Positions 18,432 through 29,014 are shown, counted from the first letter of the stretch. The stretch is DNA of 51,913 nt from Bacteroidota bacterium (GCA_004292795.1 RDXI01000018.1:1-51913); one strand, 5' to 3'. Notes: generated from the letters alone by a model not told the origin. Numbers and translations: made by a program.

Positions 18432-18818
18432 ATGCTATATTTTCAAAAATACTCCACCCAATTTTGCCAAACCTTCAGTCATTTGCAGGCAAAAAATCTG
18501 CATTTACAAGCGAGTTACGCGCTTGATACGGAATGGTTTGCTATGCAATTTCGCTTCGTAGAACAACCCACTTCAGGCGAGTTCGAAGCTATCGAGATAA
18601 ACTTTGAGGCGATGTTGGCAGAAGAAAATACTACAAAAGAGGCGTTTTTGCAAGAAATACAGTACAATAAAAAAATAATATTCTACGATATTGAAACCTT
18701 GTATATTTTTAACTCGCCTACTTTGGAGCGTTGGATACCCGAACACGCTATGCAAGATGCAAGAGATGTTTTAGGCATTATGTTTAATTCTTTAACCAAT
18801 TATCCACAAACTATATGA
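18432..18818 (+). CDS. Hypothetical protein (128 aa), the third gene of the DUF262-HEPN cassette
   Basis: ORF directly downstream on the same strand. No motifs recognised. Confidence 0.4.
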   Translation: MLYFQKYSTQFCQTFSHLQAKNLHLQASYALDTEWFAMQFRFVEQPTSGEFEAIEINFEAMLAEENTTKEAFLQEIQYNKKIIFYDIETLYIFNSPTLERWIPEHAMQDARDVLGIMFNSLTNYPQTI

Positions 18819-18862
18819 ACAATGCCACTACATCAAATCTTTTTATCCAAAAAATAAAAAAT

Positions 18863-19053
18863 CTTTTCGCCTTTTCTAGTGTTAGAAAAATGAATGACAA
18901 ATTTTAGTTTTTGATAACCTTATCAATCATTCATTTTTCGACACCTGAAAAGAATAATCTTAGATTTGCTTTTCAGGTGTCGAAACGCTGAATAAAAAAA
19001 GTATGTTTATATCCACATTTGATAGCGTTTCTAACACCTGAAAAGGCGAAAAG
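18863..19053. repeat. 191-bp nested-palindrome element, MITE-like or an sRNA/regulatory structure. It holds four alternating copies of ACACCTGAAAAG.
   Basis: Outer inverted repeats lie at 18863-18888 and 19028-19053 (24/26 match). The inner hairpin at 18936-18985 has a perfect 17-bp stem. The intergenic region is 440 bp long. Confidence 0.7.
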
Positions 19054-19223
19054 CCTCTGCCTCTGCGCCCAATAGTTCTACAATCTTTTGATAAGACATG
19101 ACAGATATAAGGGTTTTGATGTTGTAAGAATTTGCAAAGTTACAGCTTAGAAACATGGCACACAACCTCTGTGCTTTCCTGCTTGTTTTGGGCTTGCTAT
19201 ATACAACATGATAGGATATTTTG

Positions 19224-19231
19224 TAACTTTG
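19224..19231 (+). promoter_or_regulatory. Candidate Bacteroidetes -7 promoter element (TAACTTTG, fitting TAnnTTTG) for miaB
   Basis: Matches TAnnTTTG about 27 bp upstream of the ATG at 19258. Confidence 0.3.
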
Positions 19232-19257
19232 CACCCTAAAAAATTGTTGTTTTTACT

Positions 19258-20745
19258 ATGGAAAATCTTATCCAAGACATTGATATACTCACGCCAGAGG
19301 CGCAAGAAGGGTGCGAAACGGTGAAAGTATCTGTAGAAACCTCTACAGGCAAGGCGCGAAAATTATATATTGAAAGCTATGGTTGTCAAATGAACTTCTC
19401 AGATAGCGAAATCGTAGCGTCCATTATGCACGAAGGAGGCTTCGACACGACCTCAAGCGAAGAAAATGCCGACCTTATTTTCCTCAATACTTGTGCTATC
19501 CGCGACAATGCCGAACAGAAAATTCGCCACCGCCTCCAACACCTAAACGGGCTGAAAAAACGCAAGCCAAGCCTGATGATTGGCGTGTTGGGCTGTATGG
19601 CTGAACGCTTGAAAATCAAACTTATAGAGGAGGAAAAAGTGGTCGACCTCGTGGCAGGACCCGATGCCTACCGCGACTTGCCTAACCTCGTGAGCGAAGT
19701 AGATGGCGGACAAAAAGCTATGAACGTATTTTTGTCAAGAGATGAAACCTACGCAGACATCGCGCCTGTGCGCCTCAATTCCAATGGCGTAAGTGCTTTT
19801 GTGTCTATTATGCGTGGTTGTGATAATATGTGTTCGTTCTGTGTTGTGCCTTTCACACGCGGAAGGGAGCGCAGTCGAAACCCTCATTCTATAGTAGCCG
19901 AAGTACAAGATTTGTTCGACAAAGGCTACCGCGAAGTTACACTTTTGGGGCAAAATGTGGACTCGTATCTTTGGAGTTCGAACCCTGATGTTATTTCTAT
20001 CTTAGGTGAGAAAAAAGCTGTAAAACAAGGCGCAGACCTGACAGGCGTAGAAATCGTGAACTTTGCGAACTTGCTCGAAATGGTGGCGCAGGTAAGCCCG
20101 CTTGTGCGAGTGCGCTACTCGACCTCGCACCCCAAAGACATGACAGATGATGTTCTGCACATCATGGCGAAGTACGAAAACATCTGCAAGTACATTCACT
20201 TGCCTGCCCAAAGTGGCAACTCTCGTGTCTTGGAATTGATGAACAGAGGCTACACAAGGGAAGTATATTTGGACAGAATCCGCGCCATTCGTGCCATTTT
20301 AGGCGATGATTGCGGAATTTCTATGGACTTGATAGCGGGCTTTTGCACCGAAACAGACGAAGAACACCAAGACACGCTTTCGCTCATGCAAGAAGTGAAA
20401 TACGATTTTGGCTATATGTTCTACTATTCAGAACGCCCCAATACACCCGCCGAAAAACGCTTGAAAGACGACATTTCCCTCGAAGTAAAGAAAAAACGTT
20501 TGGCGGAAATAATCAATCTCCAAATGGAACACTCGCTTGAGCGCAATCGCCTTGACGTAGGCAAGACTTTCAAAGTGTTGATAGAAGGCACTTCGAAACG
20601 CTCTGAAGACCAACACATGGGACGCAACACTGCCAACAAAGTAGTCATTTTCCCCCGAAGCGATAAATACCAAAAGGGCGACTATGTAACAGTGAAAATA
20701 CACGACTGCTCTGCCGCGACTTTGTTTGGTGAGATAGTAGCATAA
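19258..20745 (+). CDS. miaB: tRNA-2-methylthio-N6-dimethylallyladenosine synthase (radical SAM methylthiotransferase)
   Basis: N-terminal MTTase domain ([10 protein letters not shown]). Radical SAM motif [12 protein letters not shown]-terminal TRAM domain. Length 495 aa. Confidence 0.9.
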   Translation: MENLIQDIDILTPEAQEGCETVKVSVETSTGKARKLYIESYGCQMNFSDSEIVASIMHEGGFDTTSSEENADLIFLNTCAIRDNAEQKIRHRLQHLNGLKKRKPSLMIGVLGCMAERLKIKLIEEEKVVDLVAGPDAYRDLPNLVSEVDGGQKAMNVFLSRDETYADIAPVRLNSNGVSAFVSIMRGCDNMCSFCVVPFTRGRERSRNPHSIVAEVQDLFDKGYREVTLLGQNVDSYLWSSNPDVISILGEKKAVKQGADLTGVEIVNFANLLEMVAQVSPLVRVRYSTSHPKDMTDDVLHIMAKYENICKYIHLPAQSGNSRVLELMNRGYTREVYLDRIRAIRAILGDDCGISMDLIAGFCTETDEEHQDTLSLMQEVKYDFGYMFYYSERPNTPAEKRLKDDISLEVKKKRLAEIINLQMEHSLERNRLDVGKTFKVLIEGTSKRSEDQHMGRNTANKVVIFPRSDKYQKGDYVTVKIHDCSAATLFGEIVA

Positions 20746-20751
20746 ATTTGT

Positions 20752-20848
20752 AGGGGCAACCCTTGTGGTTGCCCTTTGTGTAAATACGCATTTTTATTTT
20801 AAACACGATTTGTGTCCGAAAAAGGGCAACCACAAGGGTTGCCCCTAC
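20752..20848. repeat. Pair of inverted REP-like hairpins (GGGGCAACCCTTGTGGTTGCCC and GGGCAACCACAAGGGTTGCCCC) separated by 40 bp
   Basis: Hairpins at 20755-20775 and 20825-20845 are reverse complements of each other. A third copy forms the terminator at 1946-1976. Confidence 0.75.
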
Positions 20849-20926
20849 ATTTTGAAATTTCTGTATATTTTTTGTGGCGTGTGTACTCACGCGCCATATT
20901 TTTCTAAAACAAAACAACCTTCGAAT

Positions 20927-22291
20927 ATGAAAATCAAACAACTGAACATAGAGAACTACAGGGGCTTCGAGCAGGCAAGCATTACCTTTCCCGACAACAA
21001 TTTGGCTGTTTTCATTGGCGCGAATGGAGCAGGCAAGACGAGTGTGTTGGATTTGGTGGCGAGTTTTTTGGAGGATTTTTTGTTGGGGATACATAACTAC
21101 TATCCTTTACAAAATAAAGAAATTAACCATAAAAAAGGTGTAACAAATGAATTTATCAATATTATAAATGAAGCAAATGCTAAATATTCTTTTGGTATCA
21201 CACATACAAACGAATTTGCCTTTGATGAAAAAGACTTAAAATATAGGGCAAAAGAATTACATAGTAAGATGTTTTTAGAAAATATAGAATTATCCAGAGA
21301 TATTACTGGAAATGGCTTATACTCAGAAAGACAAATTTTTACACCTGAAATTAAACTGAAAAGAACAAAGGAAATATTAGGAAACCCATTGTTTAGCACA
21401 CCAATTTTTGTTTATTTTCAGTTAAATGTTACTAAAGCTAAACGAGAAAGATATTACTCAATTCCGCAACTTGCTGTTTATGAGGAACTTACATCAAATA
21501 TAAATAATTTTGCTGTTTTCAAAGCTTGGTTCAAGCAAGAAGAAGATTTTGAAAATCAAGAAAAAGTAAACCAAGAAAATCTTGCCTACCGAAACCCCAA
21601 ATTAGAGATAGTTCGAAAGGTATTGGAAACTTTTTTCCAAAAAATAGAAAGTCCCGTTTTTGCCAAAATGCGCATACACAGGCAAGGAAGTAAAATATTT
21701 GATTTCAATAAAAAATTTTCAGCAGATAGTTTATTGATTGATAAAAATGGACAACCTTTCGAGATAGAACGACTTTCTTCAGGTGAAAAATCGTTGATGC
21801 TTTTGGTGGCTGACATAGCGAGGCGATTGTCTATAGCCAATCCTGCGTTCTCGCCTACTGAAGCCCTGCAAAAAGGCGAAGGCGTGGTGTTGATAGACGA
21901 AATAGAGCAACACTTGCACCCGCGTTGGCAACGTTTGGTCTTGCCTGCCCTACAAACCACATTTCCGAATGTACATTTTATTGTTACTACTCATTCGCCC
22001 CAAATAGTGAGCAGTGTTCCGCGTGAGAGCGTTTTTATTTTGGATAATTTCCAAATAAAAGACTACAAACCTTACACACAAGGACGCGACAGCAATTCTA
22101 TTTTACAAGATGTGTTCGGGGTGGAAACTTATCCACAAGCGTACAAAGAAAAATTGCACCAATTACATCAACTTATCCATGATGAAAAAGCAGACCAAGC
22201 CCAAAAGTTAATGCAAGAACTTATCAGTTATTGGGGCGAAAACGACAGGGAAATAAAACGCGCTCAATTATATTTAGAGGACATTGTATGA
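20927..22291 (+). CDS. ptuA: Septu defence system ATPase PtuA (AAA_15/AAA_21-type ABC-like ATPase)
   Basis: Walker A FIGANGAGKTS. Walker B and H-loop VVLIDEIEQHLHP ... TTHSP. The start is set at the ATG after the hairpins, and the ORF-track extension to 20765 is spurious. There is an AT-rich internal segment. Confidence 0.75.
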   Translation: MKIKQLNIENYRGFEQASITFPDNNLAVFIGANGAGKTSVLDLVASFLEDFLLGIHNYYPLQNKEINHKKGVTNEFINIINEANAKYSFGITHTNEFAFDEKDLKYRAKELHSKMFLENIELSRDITGNGLYSERQIFTPEIKLKRTKEILGNPLFSTPIFVYFQLNVTKAKRERYYSIPQLAVYEELTSNINNFAVFKAWFKQEEDFENQEKVNQENLAYRNPKLEIVRKVLETFFQKIESPVFAKMRIHRQGSKIFDFNKKFSADSLLIDKNGQPFEIERLSSGEKSLMLLVADIARRLSIANPAFSPTEALQKGEGVVLIDEIEQHLHPRWQRLVLPALQTTFPNVHFIVTTHSPQIVSSVPRESVFILDNFQIKDYKPYTQGRDSNSILQDVFGVETYPQAYKEKLHQLHQLIHDEKADQAQKLMQELISYWGENDREIKRAQLYLEDIV

Positions 22292-22968
22292 AACACATCA
22301 AAAAACAAGCTAAAGAACCTGCCACTATCACAGAAATAAAGTCTGTAAACGGTACTTTTGACGACCTCGACAAAGAACAAGTACAAAATGCTTTGCTCGA
22401 GGAGCAGGGCTATCTTTGTGCCTATTGTATGCGCAGAATTAGCCGAGAGTGGAATCCTGATGCCAACAAATGGAAAATTGAAATAGAGCATTACAAGCCA
22501 CAAGAAAAGTATCCTGAAAAAGCTTTAGACTACAGCAATATGCTGGGTGTTTGCAACGGCACAGCAGGCGAAAAACTGCATTGCGACAAAACCAAAGGAG
22601 GCAAAGCAGATGGAAAAGTAGAGCTAAAAAAACTCAATCCTTTGGACAGCAACTGCGAAACAATGCTTCAATACCTTCCTGATGGCACTATTCAAAGCGT
22701 GAATGGTGATGCAGAAGTTGAGTCCGACTTAGACAAAGTGCTAAATTTGAATGACACCAAACTAAAAGAATTTCGCGCAGATGCTATCGAGAAGGCATGG
22801 CGAGAGTTCCAAGAAAAACACAAGAAAAATAAAGGGAGTTGGACTAAAAAGATGTTTCAAGATGAGATAAATCGCCTAAAACAACCCAATAAAAAAGGCA
22901 GATACACCGAATATTGCCAATGTCTTATCTACTTCTTTGAGAAAAAGCTAAAAAGAGCGCAAGCATAA
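22288..22968 (+). CDS. ptuB: Septu defence system HNH endonuclease PtuB
   Basis: Overlaps the ptuA stop by 4 bp (ATGA). HNH motif CAYCMRRIS...IEHYKPQ...[21 protein letters not shown], as in the TIGR02646-type HNH. Length 226 aa. Confidence 0.75.
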   Translation: MKHIKKQAKEPATITEIKSVNGTFDDLDKEQVQNALLEEQGYLCAYCMRRISREWNPDANKWKIEIEHYKPQEKYPEKALDYSNMLGVCNGTAGEKLHCDKTKGGKADGKVELKKLNPLDSNCETMLQYLPDGTIQSVNGDAEVESDLDKVLNLNDTKLKEFRADAIEKAWREFQEKHKKNKGSWTKKMFQDEINRLKQPNKKGRYTEYCQCLIYFFEKKLKRAQA

Positions 22969-23105
22969 GCAAAACATCACAAACGATTGCATACAAAGGC
23001 TATCAGAGAAAGGGAGGTATTTTCAACAAAAGTAAACGCTTCGTAAATTTTTCTATTATATTTGCCAAACGAATTACTTATTCACCCTATCATTCATTCA
23101 CTCTC

Positions 23106-25151
23106 ATGGTTTCCCCTCATAGCCTTCTTACCGATTTCGACATCAGCCTTTTTAATGGAGGTAAGCATTTTAGACTTTACGAAAAACTCGGCTCGCATAT
23201 CGTAGAGCATGAAGGCACAAAGGGCGTGCTGTTCGCCGTGTGGGCGCCTAATGCAAGTCAAGTAAGCGTAATTGGCAATTTCAATGGCTGGCAAGATGCC
23301 CAACATAAATTGTATCCGCGCCTCGATGGTTCGGGTATTTGGGAAGGATTCATTGCCAATATTGGGCAAGGCGAGATTTATAAGTACAAAATCCACTCAC
23401 ATAATTTCGGGCAAATTTTAGAGAAAACAGACCCGTTTGCTTTCTTTTGCGAAGTGCCACCCAACACCGCTTCGGTAGTGTGGGATTTGCAATATGCGTG
23501 GAAGGATAACCAATGGATGAAAGAACGCCCCAAAACCAACGCACTCAATCAGCCTTTTTCGGTGTATGAGTTGCACATTGGTTCGTGGAAACGCAATACA
23601 GAAGAGGGCTATCGCTCTTTGCACTATACGGAGCTTGCCGAAGAACTAACAGCGTATGTAAAAGAAATGGGCTTCACACACATAGAGTTTATGCCTGTGA
23701 TGGAACACCCTTTCTTTGGTTCGTGGGGCTATCAATCTACGGGCTATTTCGCGCCCAGTAGTCGCTACGGCACGCCTCAAGAATTTATGCAACTTGTGGA
23801 TAAGCTACACGAAAACGGCATAGGCGTTATTTTGGATTGGGTGCCTTCGCACTTTCCTACTGATGCCTTCAGCCTCTCCAACTTTGATGGCACTGCTTTG
23901 TATGAGCATGGCAATTTGGAGGAAGGTTTTCACCCCGATTGGAAAAGTTTTATTTTCAATTATGGGCGTTATGAAGTCCGCTCTTTCCTCATCAGTAGCG
24001 CGATGTTTTGGTGTGATGTTTACCATGCTGATGGCTTGCGTGTTGATGCGGTGGCTTCTATGCTGTACCGCGATTATTCGCGCAAGGAAGGCGAGTGGCG
24101 ACCTAATATCTACGGAGGACGTGAGAATTTGGAGGCAATTTCTTTCCTACGCGAGATGAACGAAGCCTTGTATGCCAACTTCGAGGGTATTCAAACCATA
24201 GCTGAAGAATCGACTGCTTTTTCGGGTGTTTCGCGCCCCGTTTACATTGGCGGTTTGGGCTTTGGTATGAAGTGGATGATGGGCTGGATGCACGACACGC
24301 TCAAATATTTCAAAGAAAATCCGCTTTTCCGCCGTTATCATCATGGCACTATTACCTTTAGTTTGGTGTATGCCTTTTCCGAAAACTTTATGTTGCCCCT
24401 TTCGCATGACGAAGTAGTGCATGGCAAGGGACCGCTTTTAGACCGTATGCCAGGAGATGAATGGCAACGCATGGCAAATTTGAGGGCAATGTATGGCTAT
24501 ATGTTCACCCACCCCGGCACGAAATTGTTGTTCATGGGAGGCGAGTTCGGACAGCCTACAGAATGGCAACACGACCATCAACTGCCTTGGCATTTGTTGC
24601 AACAAAATTCGCACAAAGGCGTAGCCGAGTATGTGAAGGCTCTGAACAAACTTTACAGAAGCGAACCCGCGCTGTATGAAAAAGCCTTTGATGCGAGTGG
24701 CTTCGAGTGGATAGAAGTAAACGATTATACGAACTCTGTCATCACATACATACGCAGAGGCAATAATCCTGAAGAAATTATCATAGTGGCGTGCAATCTT
24801 ACGCCTGTGCCTCGCGAAAATTATCGCTTCGGTGTGCCAGAAACAACGGAACTCGTGGAATTGCTGAACAGTGATGCAGGCGAGTTTTGGGGTAGCAATT
24901 ACAAAACCTTGCCTACCCTAAAGGCAGAACAAGTAGAGGCACATGGACGCGAATTTTCCGTAATGGCTACTATCCCCCCGCTTGCCACTGTAGTTTGGAA
25001 AGCCAAAGTAGTAGTAAAGACACTTCCGCAAGCAGAGGAAACAAAATCTCAAGAGGAAACGCCTAAAACATCAGGCAGAACCAAAAAAATAGAAAGAACA
25101 GCCGAGAAAAAAGACTCGCCTGCCAAAACAACCAAAAGCAAAAAGGCGTAA
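23106..25151 (+). CDS. glgB: 1,4-alpha-glucan branching enzyme (GH13) with a Lys/Thr-rich C-terminal tail
   Basis: CBM48-like N-terminus. GH13 catalytic regions [18 protein letters not shown] and [10 protein letters not shown]. Length 681 aa. Confidence 0.9.
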   Translation: MVSPHSLLTDFDISLFNGGKHFRLYEKLGSHIVEHEGTKGVLFAVWAPNASQVSVIGNFNGWQDAQHKLYPRLDGSGIWEGFIANIGQGEIYKYKIHSHNFGQILEKTDPFAFFCEVPPNTASVVWDLQYAWKDNQWMKERPKTNALNQPFSVYELHIGSWKRNTEEGYRSLHYTELAEELTAYVKEMGFTHIEFMPVMEHPFFGSWGYQSTGYFAPSSRYGTPQEFMQLVDKLHENGIGVILDWVPSHFPTDAFSLSNFDGTALYEHGNLEEGFHPDWKSFIFNYGRYEVRSFLISSAMFWCDVYHADGLRVDAVASMLYRDYSRKEGEWRPNIYGGRENLEAISFLREMNEALYANFEGIQTIAEESTAFSGVSRPVYIGGLGFGMKWMMGWMHDTLKYFKENPLFRRYHHGTITFSLVYAFSENFMLPLSHDEVVHGKGPLLDRMPGDEWQRMANLRAMYGYMFTHPGTKLLFMGGEFGQPTEWQHDHQLPWHLLQQNSHKGVAEYVKALNKLYRSEPALYEKAFDASGFEWIEVNDYTNSVITYIRRGNNPEEIIIVACNLTPVPRENYRFGVPETTELVELLNSDAGEFWGSNYKTLPTLKAEQVEAHGREFSVMATIPPLATVVWKAKVVVKTLPQAEETKSQEETPKTSGRTKKIERTAEKKDSPAKTTKSKKA

Positions 25152-25166
25152 GTTGTGAAATAGAAA

Positions 25167-25200
25167 GAGGTTAGCCCAATGAGCTAACCTCTTATTTTTT
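25167..25200 (+). terminator. Terminator downstream of glgB. It overlaps the stop codon of the convergent anti-sigma gene.
   Basis: Stem gaggttagc/gctaacctc, loop ccaatga, then ttatttttt. Confidence 0.6.
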
Positions 25201-28012
25201 ATCGCATCACGCGGTCAAGGTCTTCTTTCGCAAAAACTTTGGCTTGCGGTTGCAAGTTGAGTTTGCAGACTTTCGCGGGTGGAGCGCAATCTTTCTTGAT
25301 AGTTTCGGGTTGATAGAGCGCGAGGCGGTCTTGCGGGAAAATCACGACCAACATCTCTTTTCTCGAAAGGCTTACTTCATTTTGTTTCTTCAGTTCTTGA
25401 AGCAGGTAAGCACTGCCTATTTGCCCCACACGATACACTTGCAACGATTTTTCTTGCGTACTTTTTTCGAGTTTGAGCGTATAGGTTTCGCTTGTGTTGT
25501 TTTGCACTGCTTTTGCGCAAGCATACACACCCAAGTTGCGCACTTTGAATTGTCGGAAGGCGAGTTGCCCTTGAGATTTTTGAGGCATTTGTTGCAAAGC
25601 ATTACATTCTGCCAATACCTTCTCGTAACGCTCCAAAACCGTATTTTCGGTAGTTTCCACGTCTTTTTGTGCCGTTACCACGAGTTGATTAGGCGAGTCT
25701 GAAACCGTTTGTTCGCCTTTGATGCGCACAGGCACATGAAATTCCTTGCCTTTTATTTCGTATCTACGTTGTTTTTCGTCTATCAATATTTTGTTGTTTT
25801 TTATCAACACCAATTCAAAAACATCTTTCGTTTCGCGCTCTTTCCATATTTTGGCGGTGTTGTCATCAGAGGCAGTAACCCACATAGAGCCATCTTGCGA
25901 GGCTTGTACGCTATTCACAGGGGCGGTATGTTCGCGCAAAGTGCGCACTAAATTGCCTGTGTTAGACCAAATACGCGCCACGTGGTCTGCGCCTGCGGTC
26001 ATTATCCACGTACCATTTTTAGCAAAAGCCGTTTGGCGAATTTTTTGTGTATGTCCTTCGCGCTTTTCGTTTGGATTATTGCGCATATTGCGTATCAAAA
26101 CAGTGCTGTTGGGCTTGTTTTTGTTCCAGTGCCACAGGCGAGGAGTAGCCTCTGCATACGAGAAGATATGCCCTTCGTCAGGCGTAAACATAGCTTGCCC
26201 ATCTGTAATATCAGTTAGTTCACGAAGTTTCTTGCCTGTCGTAGCCCACACAATCGCCTTGCTTGAGTTCGGATTGCGCGAAGTAGTGATAATGTAGTCG
26301 CCACTTATCGAAAAACGCGCTGTACCAAAAAAGCCCTCAATAGCACGCACTTTCGCGCCTGTTACCGCCCAAATTTCGGCAGAAGACTCGTCAGGGATTG
26401 TCAGAATGGTTTTGCTATCAGGCGAGAATTGCGCCTCGAAGTGAGGTACATAATGTTTCAAACTAAATAAAAACTCGCCTTTCGCACTCCAAAGTTTTAC
26501 CGTGTTGTCTTCGCTTGTAGTGAGTATATATTGCCCATTGGGGCTGTAAGACGCATTTTTGACAGAGGCAGTATGTCCACGTAAAGTGAACAAGCGGTCG
26601 CCTTGCCTACTCCAAACTATAGCAGTGCGGTCATTCGAAGCAGTCAAGATGTGTTGTCCATCAGGCGAATATACAGCCATATTCACACTTGCCGAGTGTC
26701 CTTGCAAGGTAGAAAGGAATTGCGCATCTTTTGTCCAAAGTCTTGCTGTATGGTCGTCAGAGGCAGTAAGAATGGTATTGCCATCAGGCGAGAAAACAGC
26801 AGAACGCACAGGTGCAGTATGTCCTATGAGGCTCAAAGAACGATAAGGCTCATTTTTTAGTTTCACTTCGTCCCATTTTTCTTGCAACACCCAATCTTGC
26901 TTGCCTGCGGGATTGTGTTCGGGGTTCTCGCCTACATATTCCCAAATGGTGTTATGATAGCGTGCCAAACCCGGGTGTTGTTCTTCGTTGAGTTTGAGCG
27001 AAAACAATTTATTGGTTTCTTGAGGCAACTCACGTGCTGAAATAGTAGCCACATTTTCGGGGCGTTCTTGCATTTGCTTCAGGTTTTGCTCCAAACTTTC
27101 CAACTCACGTTGTTTGCTTTCCAACAATGCCATAGGCGAAAGGTTGGTAGGCAAGCTTTCTGCCATGATGGGCGAAGCTCCCAAATACTGCCATTTAGCA
27201 TCTTGCGATTGCGCGTGGGCAGGAGTAGCAAGGGGCGTGTTATACATCATTTGGTTGCCCTCTTGCAAGAAATAATGCGAATAATCCTTCGAAATATCTG
27301 CCGTAAGCATATTCACTTCCAGCACTTTATTAGGCGCGAGGTGCAAAGGCTTGTCATCTTGCCAAGCACGTATTTCGAACATTCCCAACGTAGCAAGTGT
27401 ATGTTTGATGCCCAAAGAATCATATTGTGTAGGCACTCCTGAAGCCAATAAGTCGCTCAAACTACGCATTTCGCGGTATTGAACCGTGATATTGCCCCTT
27501 GCCTCCTCGCCTTGATTGTTCACAAAAACACCTGCGGGAATTTTTACATACGTTCCATTAGGCAAGTACAATGTCTTGGCTTCAGAACCTTGTATTTTCC
27601 AATCTTGATAGCCCACATCTATTTTTTTGTTCTCAAAAGGCGATTGCCATTTACGCACCAAGCTTGCTTGGGGCGTACTCAAAATCCAATACGCAGTAAG
27701 CAAAGAGAAACCCAACAACAGCACTACAGCCACCCGCATAGCACGGCGCGTCATGGTAACTATCAAAGATTTTCTTTCTGTATTTTGCAATTCGCTGATG
27801 GTAGGCACTTCGGCTAAAGGGCTGTCTGCCAATACATTAAACGCCTCCATAATGGCTTGTTGGCAATGCGGACAAGTAGCCAAATGTTCTTCTTGCTCAG
27901 TTGTTAGCAACGGTTCCATGCCTTTGGCACGAGCTTGGGCATAGCGCATCACCTCCAACTGGCTAAGATGGTTTTGGTCATCAGGTAGTATAGGATGGAT
28001 AGACGTTTGCAT
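25199..28012 (-). CDS. Anti-sigma factor (zf-HC2) with a single transmembrane helix and a large extracytoplasmic WD40 beta-propeller domain
   Basis: zf-HC2 motif HLATCPHCQQ. Transmembrane segment AMRVAVVLLLGFSLLTAYWIL. Repeated WD40 units read GHTAPVRSAVFSPDG..ILTASDDHTARLW and GHSASVNMAVYSPDG. Length 937 aa. Confidence 0.75.
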   Translation of the reverse strand: MQTSIHPILPDDQNHLSQLEVMRYAQARAKGMEPLLTTEQEEHLATCPHCQQAIMEAFNVLADSPLAEVPTISELQNTERKSLIVTMTRRAMRVAVVLLLGFSLLTAYWILSTPQASLVRKWQSPFENKKIDVGYQDWKIQGSEAKTLYLPNGTYVKIPAGVFVNNQGEEARGNITVQYREMRSLSDLLASGVPTQYDSLGIKHTLATLGMFEIRAWQDDKPLHLAPNKVLEVNMLTADISKDYSHYFLQEGNQMMYNTPLATPAHAQSQDAKWQYLGASPIMAESLPTNLSPMALLESKQRELESLEQNLKQMQERPENVATISARELPQETNKLFSLKLNEEQHPGLARYHNTIWEYVGENPEHNPAGKQDWVLQEKWDEVKLKNEPYRSLSLIGHTAPVRSAVFSPDGNTILTASDDHTARLWTKDAQFLSTLQGHSASVNMAVYSPDGQHILTASNDRTAIVWSRQGDRLFTLRGHTASVKNASYSPNGQYILTTSEDNTVKLWSAKGEFLFSLKHYVPHFEAQFSPDSKTILTIPDESSAEIWAVTGAKVRAIEGFFGTARFSISGDYIITTSRNPNSSKAIVWATTGKKLRELTDITDGQAMFTPDEGHIFSYAEATPRLWHWNKNKPNSTVLIRNMRNNPNEKREGHTQKIRQTAFAKNGTWIMTAGADHVARIWSNTGNLVRTLREHTAPVNSVQASQDGSMWVTASDDNTAKIWKERETKDVFELVLIKNNKILIDEKQRRYEIKGKEFHVPVRIKGEQTVSDSPNQLVVTAQKDVETTENTVLERYEKVLAECNALQQMPQKSQGQLAFRQFKVRNLGVYACAKAVQNNTSETYTLKLEKSTQEKSLQVYRVGQIGSAYLLQELKKQNEVSLSRKEMLVVIFPQDRLALYQPETIKKDCAPPAKVCKLNLQPQAKVFAKEDLDRVMR

Positions 28013-28021
28013 AACCGTATG

Positions 28022-29014
28022 TTATTGTACTCGCACTACTTCCAATTCAGGAGTAGCAGAAGGAGAGAATATTTTTTGCCAGAATGATTTTTTCTTTTCG
28101 AGGGTTTGTGCGTGTGCGAGTTCAGTATGCACTTTGAGTTCTTCTTGTTGATAATGGTAGTGCAAGAAATCTGTAAAAATGCGCTTGTCTTGAATTTCCC
28201 AAAAATGCACACCATCTTTGATTTGCATATAGTCCAAAATGCCTTTCCTGCCTCTGTCGCCTGATATTTGTTGATTGAGCCAACGCTGAATGGATTGCGC
28301 AGTGGCAGTTTCGCCTCTGTAACGCTCAAAATAAGGACGTACAAACTCAAACACACTCAAATCGTCAGCCTCTTGGTATTGGTCTTTGATAGAAAAATGA
28401 TATTGAATTTCTTGTATATCTACTATAGCTATATCTCCAAAACAATTTTTTAAATCTTCTGCCGTAACACGCGCTCTGGCTGTGAGTTTGAGCAGGAAGG
28501 CGAGCTTGGGAGCTATTTTGGGGAATAACATCTTGAATTGATTGAGAAACTGCCCAAAACGGAGCTGAAAGCAGGCAAGGAGTTGTCTTGCCTCCTGTGT
28601 GTGTGTTTGCGCCTTGTCTTCGAGCCACGAGGCGCGGTCTTGCGCGTCAGCATCATTTTCAAAAGGCGCAACCGCCCTTTCCCACTCCATACTACCGCGC
28701 TGTTGATTGCGTTCACGCTGAAGGAGCGTGTTCAGTTGGTTGAAAATAGTGCGCGTAAAGTAGTGTTTGAATCGATGTTCATCATCACACGCCTCTCGAA
28801 AGCTCTTGCTTGGGAAAGTCTTTGTGAGTAAGTGCAAATAAATCTCTTGGAAAAAATCTTGCTGATGTTGGTTGTAGGCAGGAAAGTTCTTCAGGTAAGC
28901 ACGAATCTTACCCTTCAAAAAATGCTCACAATGCTCCAGCACCCGCTCATACTGCTGTGCTTCTAACCAAACCGCGATTTGGTGTGCCGAGATAGACTTT
29001 AACAATTTATTCAT
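28022..29014 (-). CDS. Putative ECF-type sigma factor with a C-terminal extension, co-oriented 10 bp upstream of the anti-sigma gene
   Basis: N-terminal region weakly like sigma-70 region 2 (QDFFQEIYLHLLTK...). Its position immediately upstream of a zf-HC2 anti-sigma gene fits an ECF-type sigma factor. Confidence 0.4.
   Translation of the reverse strand: MNKLLKSISAHQIAVWLEAQQYERVLEHCEHFLKGKIRAYLKNFPAYNQHQQDFFQEIYLHLLTKTFPSKSFREACDDEHRFKHYFTRTIFNQLNTLLQRERNQQRGSMEWERAVAPFENDADAQDRASWLEDKAQTHTQEARQLLACFQLRFGQFLNQFKMLFPKIAPKLAFLLKLTARARVTAEDLKNCFGDIAIVDIQEIQYHFSIKDQYQEADDLSVFEFVRPYFERYRGETATAQSIQRWLNQQISGDRGRKGILDYMQIKDGVHFWEIQDKRIFTDFLHYHYQQEELKVHTELAHAQTLEKKKSFWQKIFSPSATPELEVVRVQ

Noticed and set aside
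20765-20926. N-terminal extension of ptuA in the ORF track (MVALCVNTHFYFKHDLCPKKGNHKGCPY…)
   Set aside because: The extension is translated from the REP-like hairpins. The genuine start is the ATG at 20927, directly before the Walker A region.
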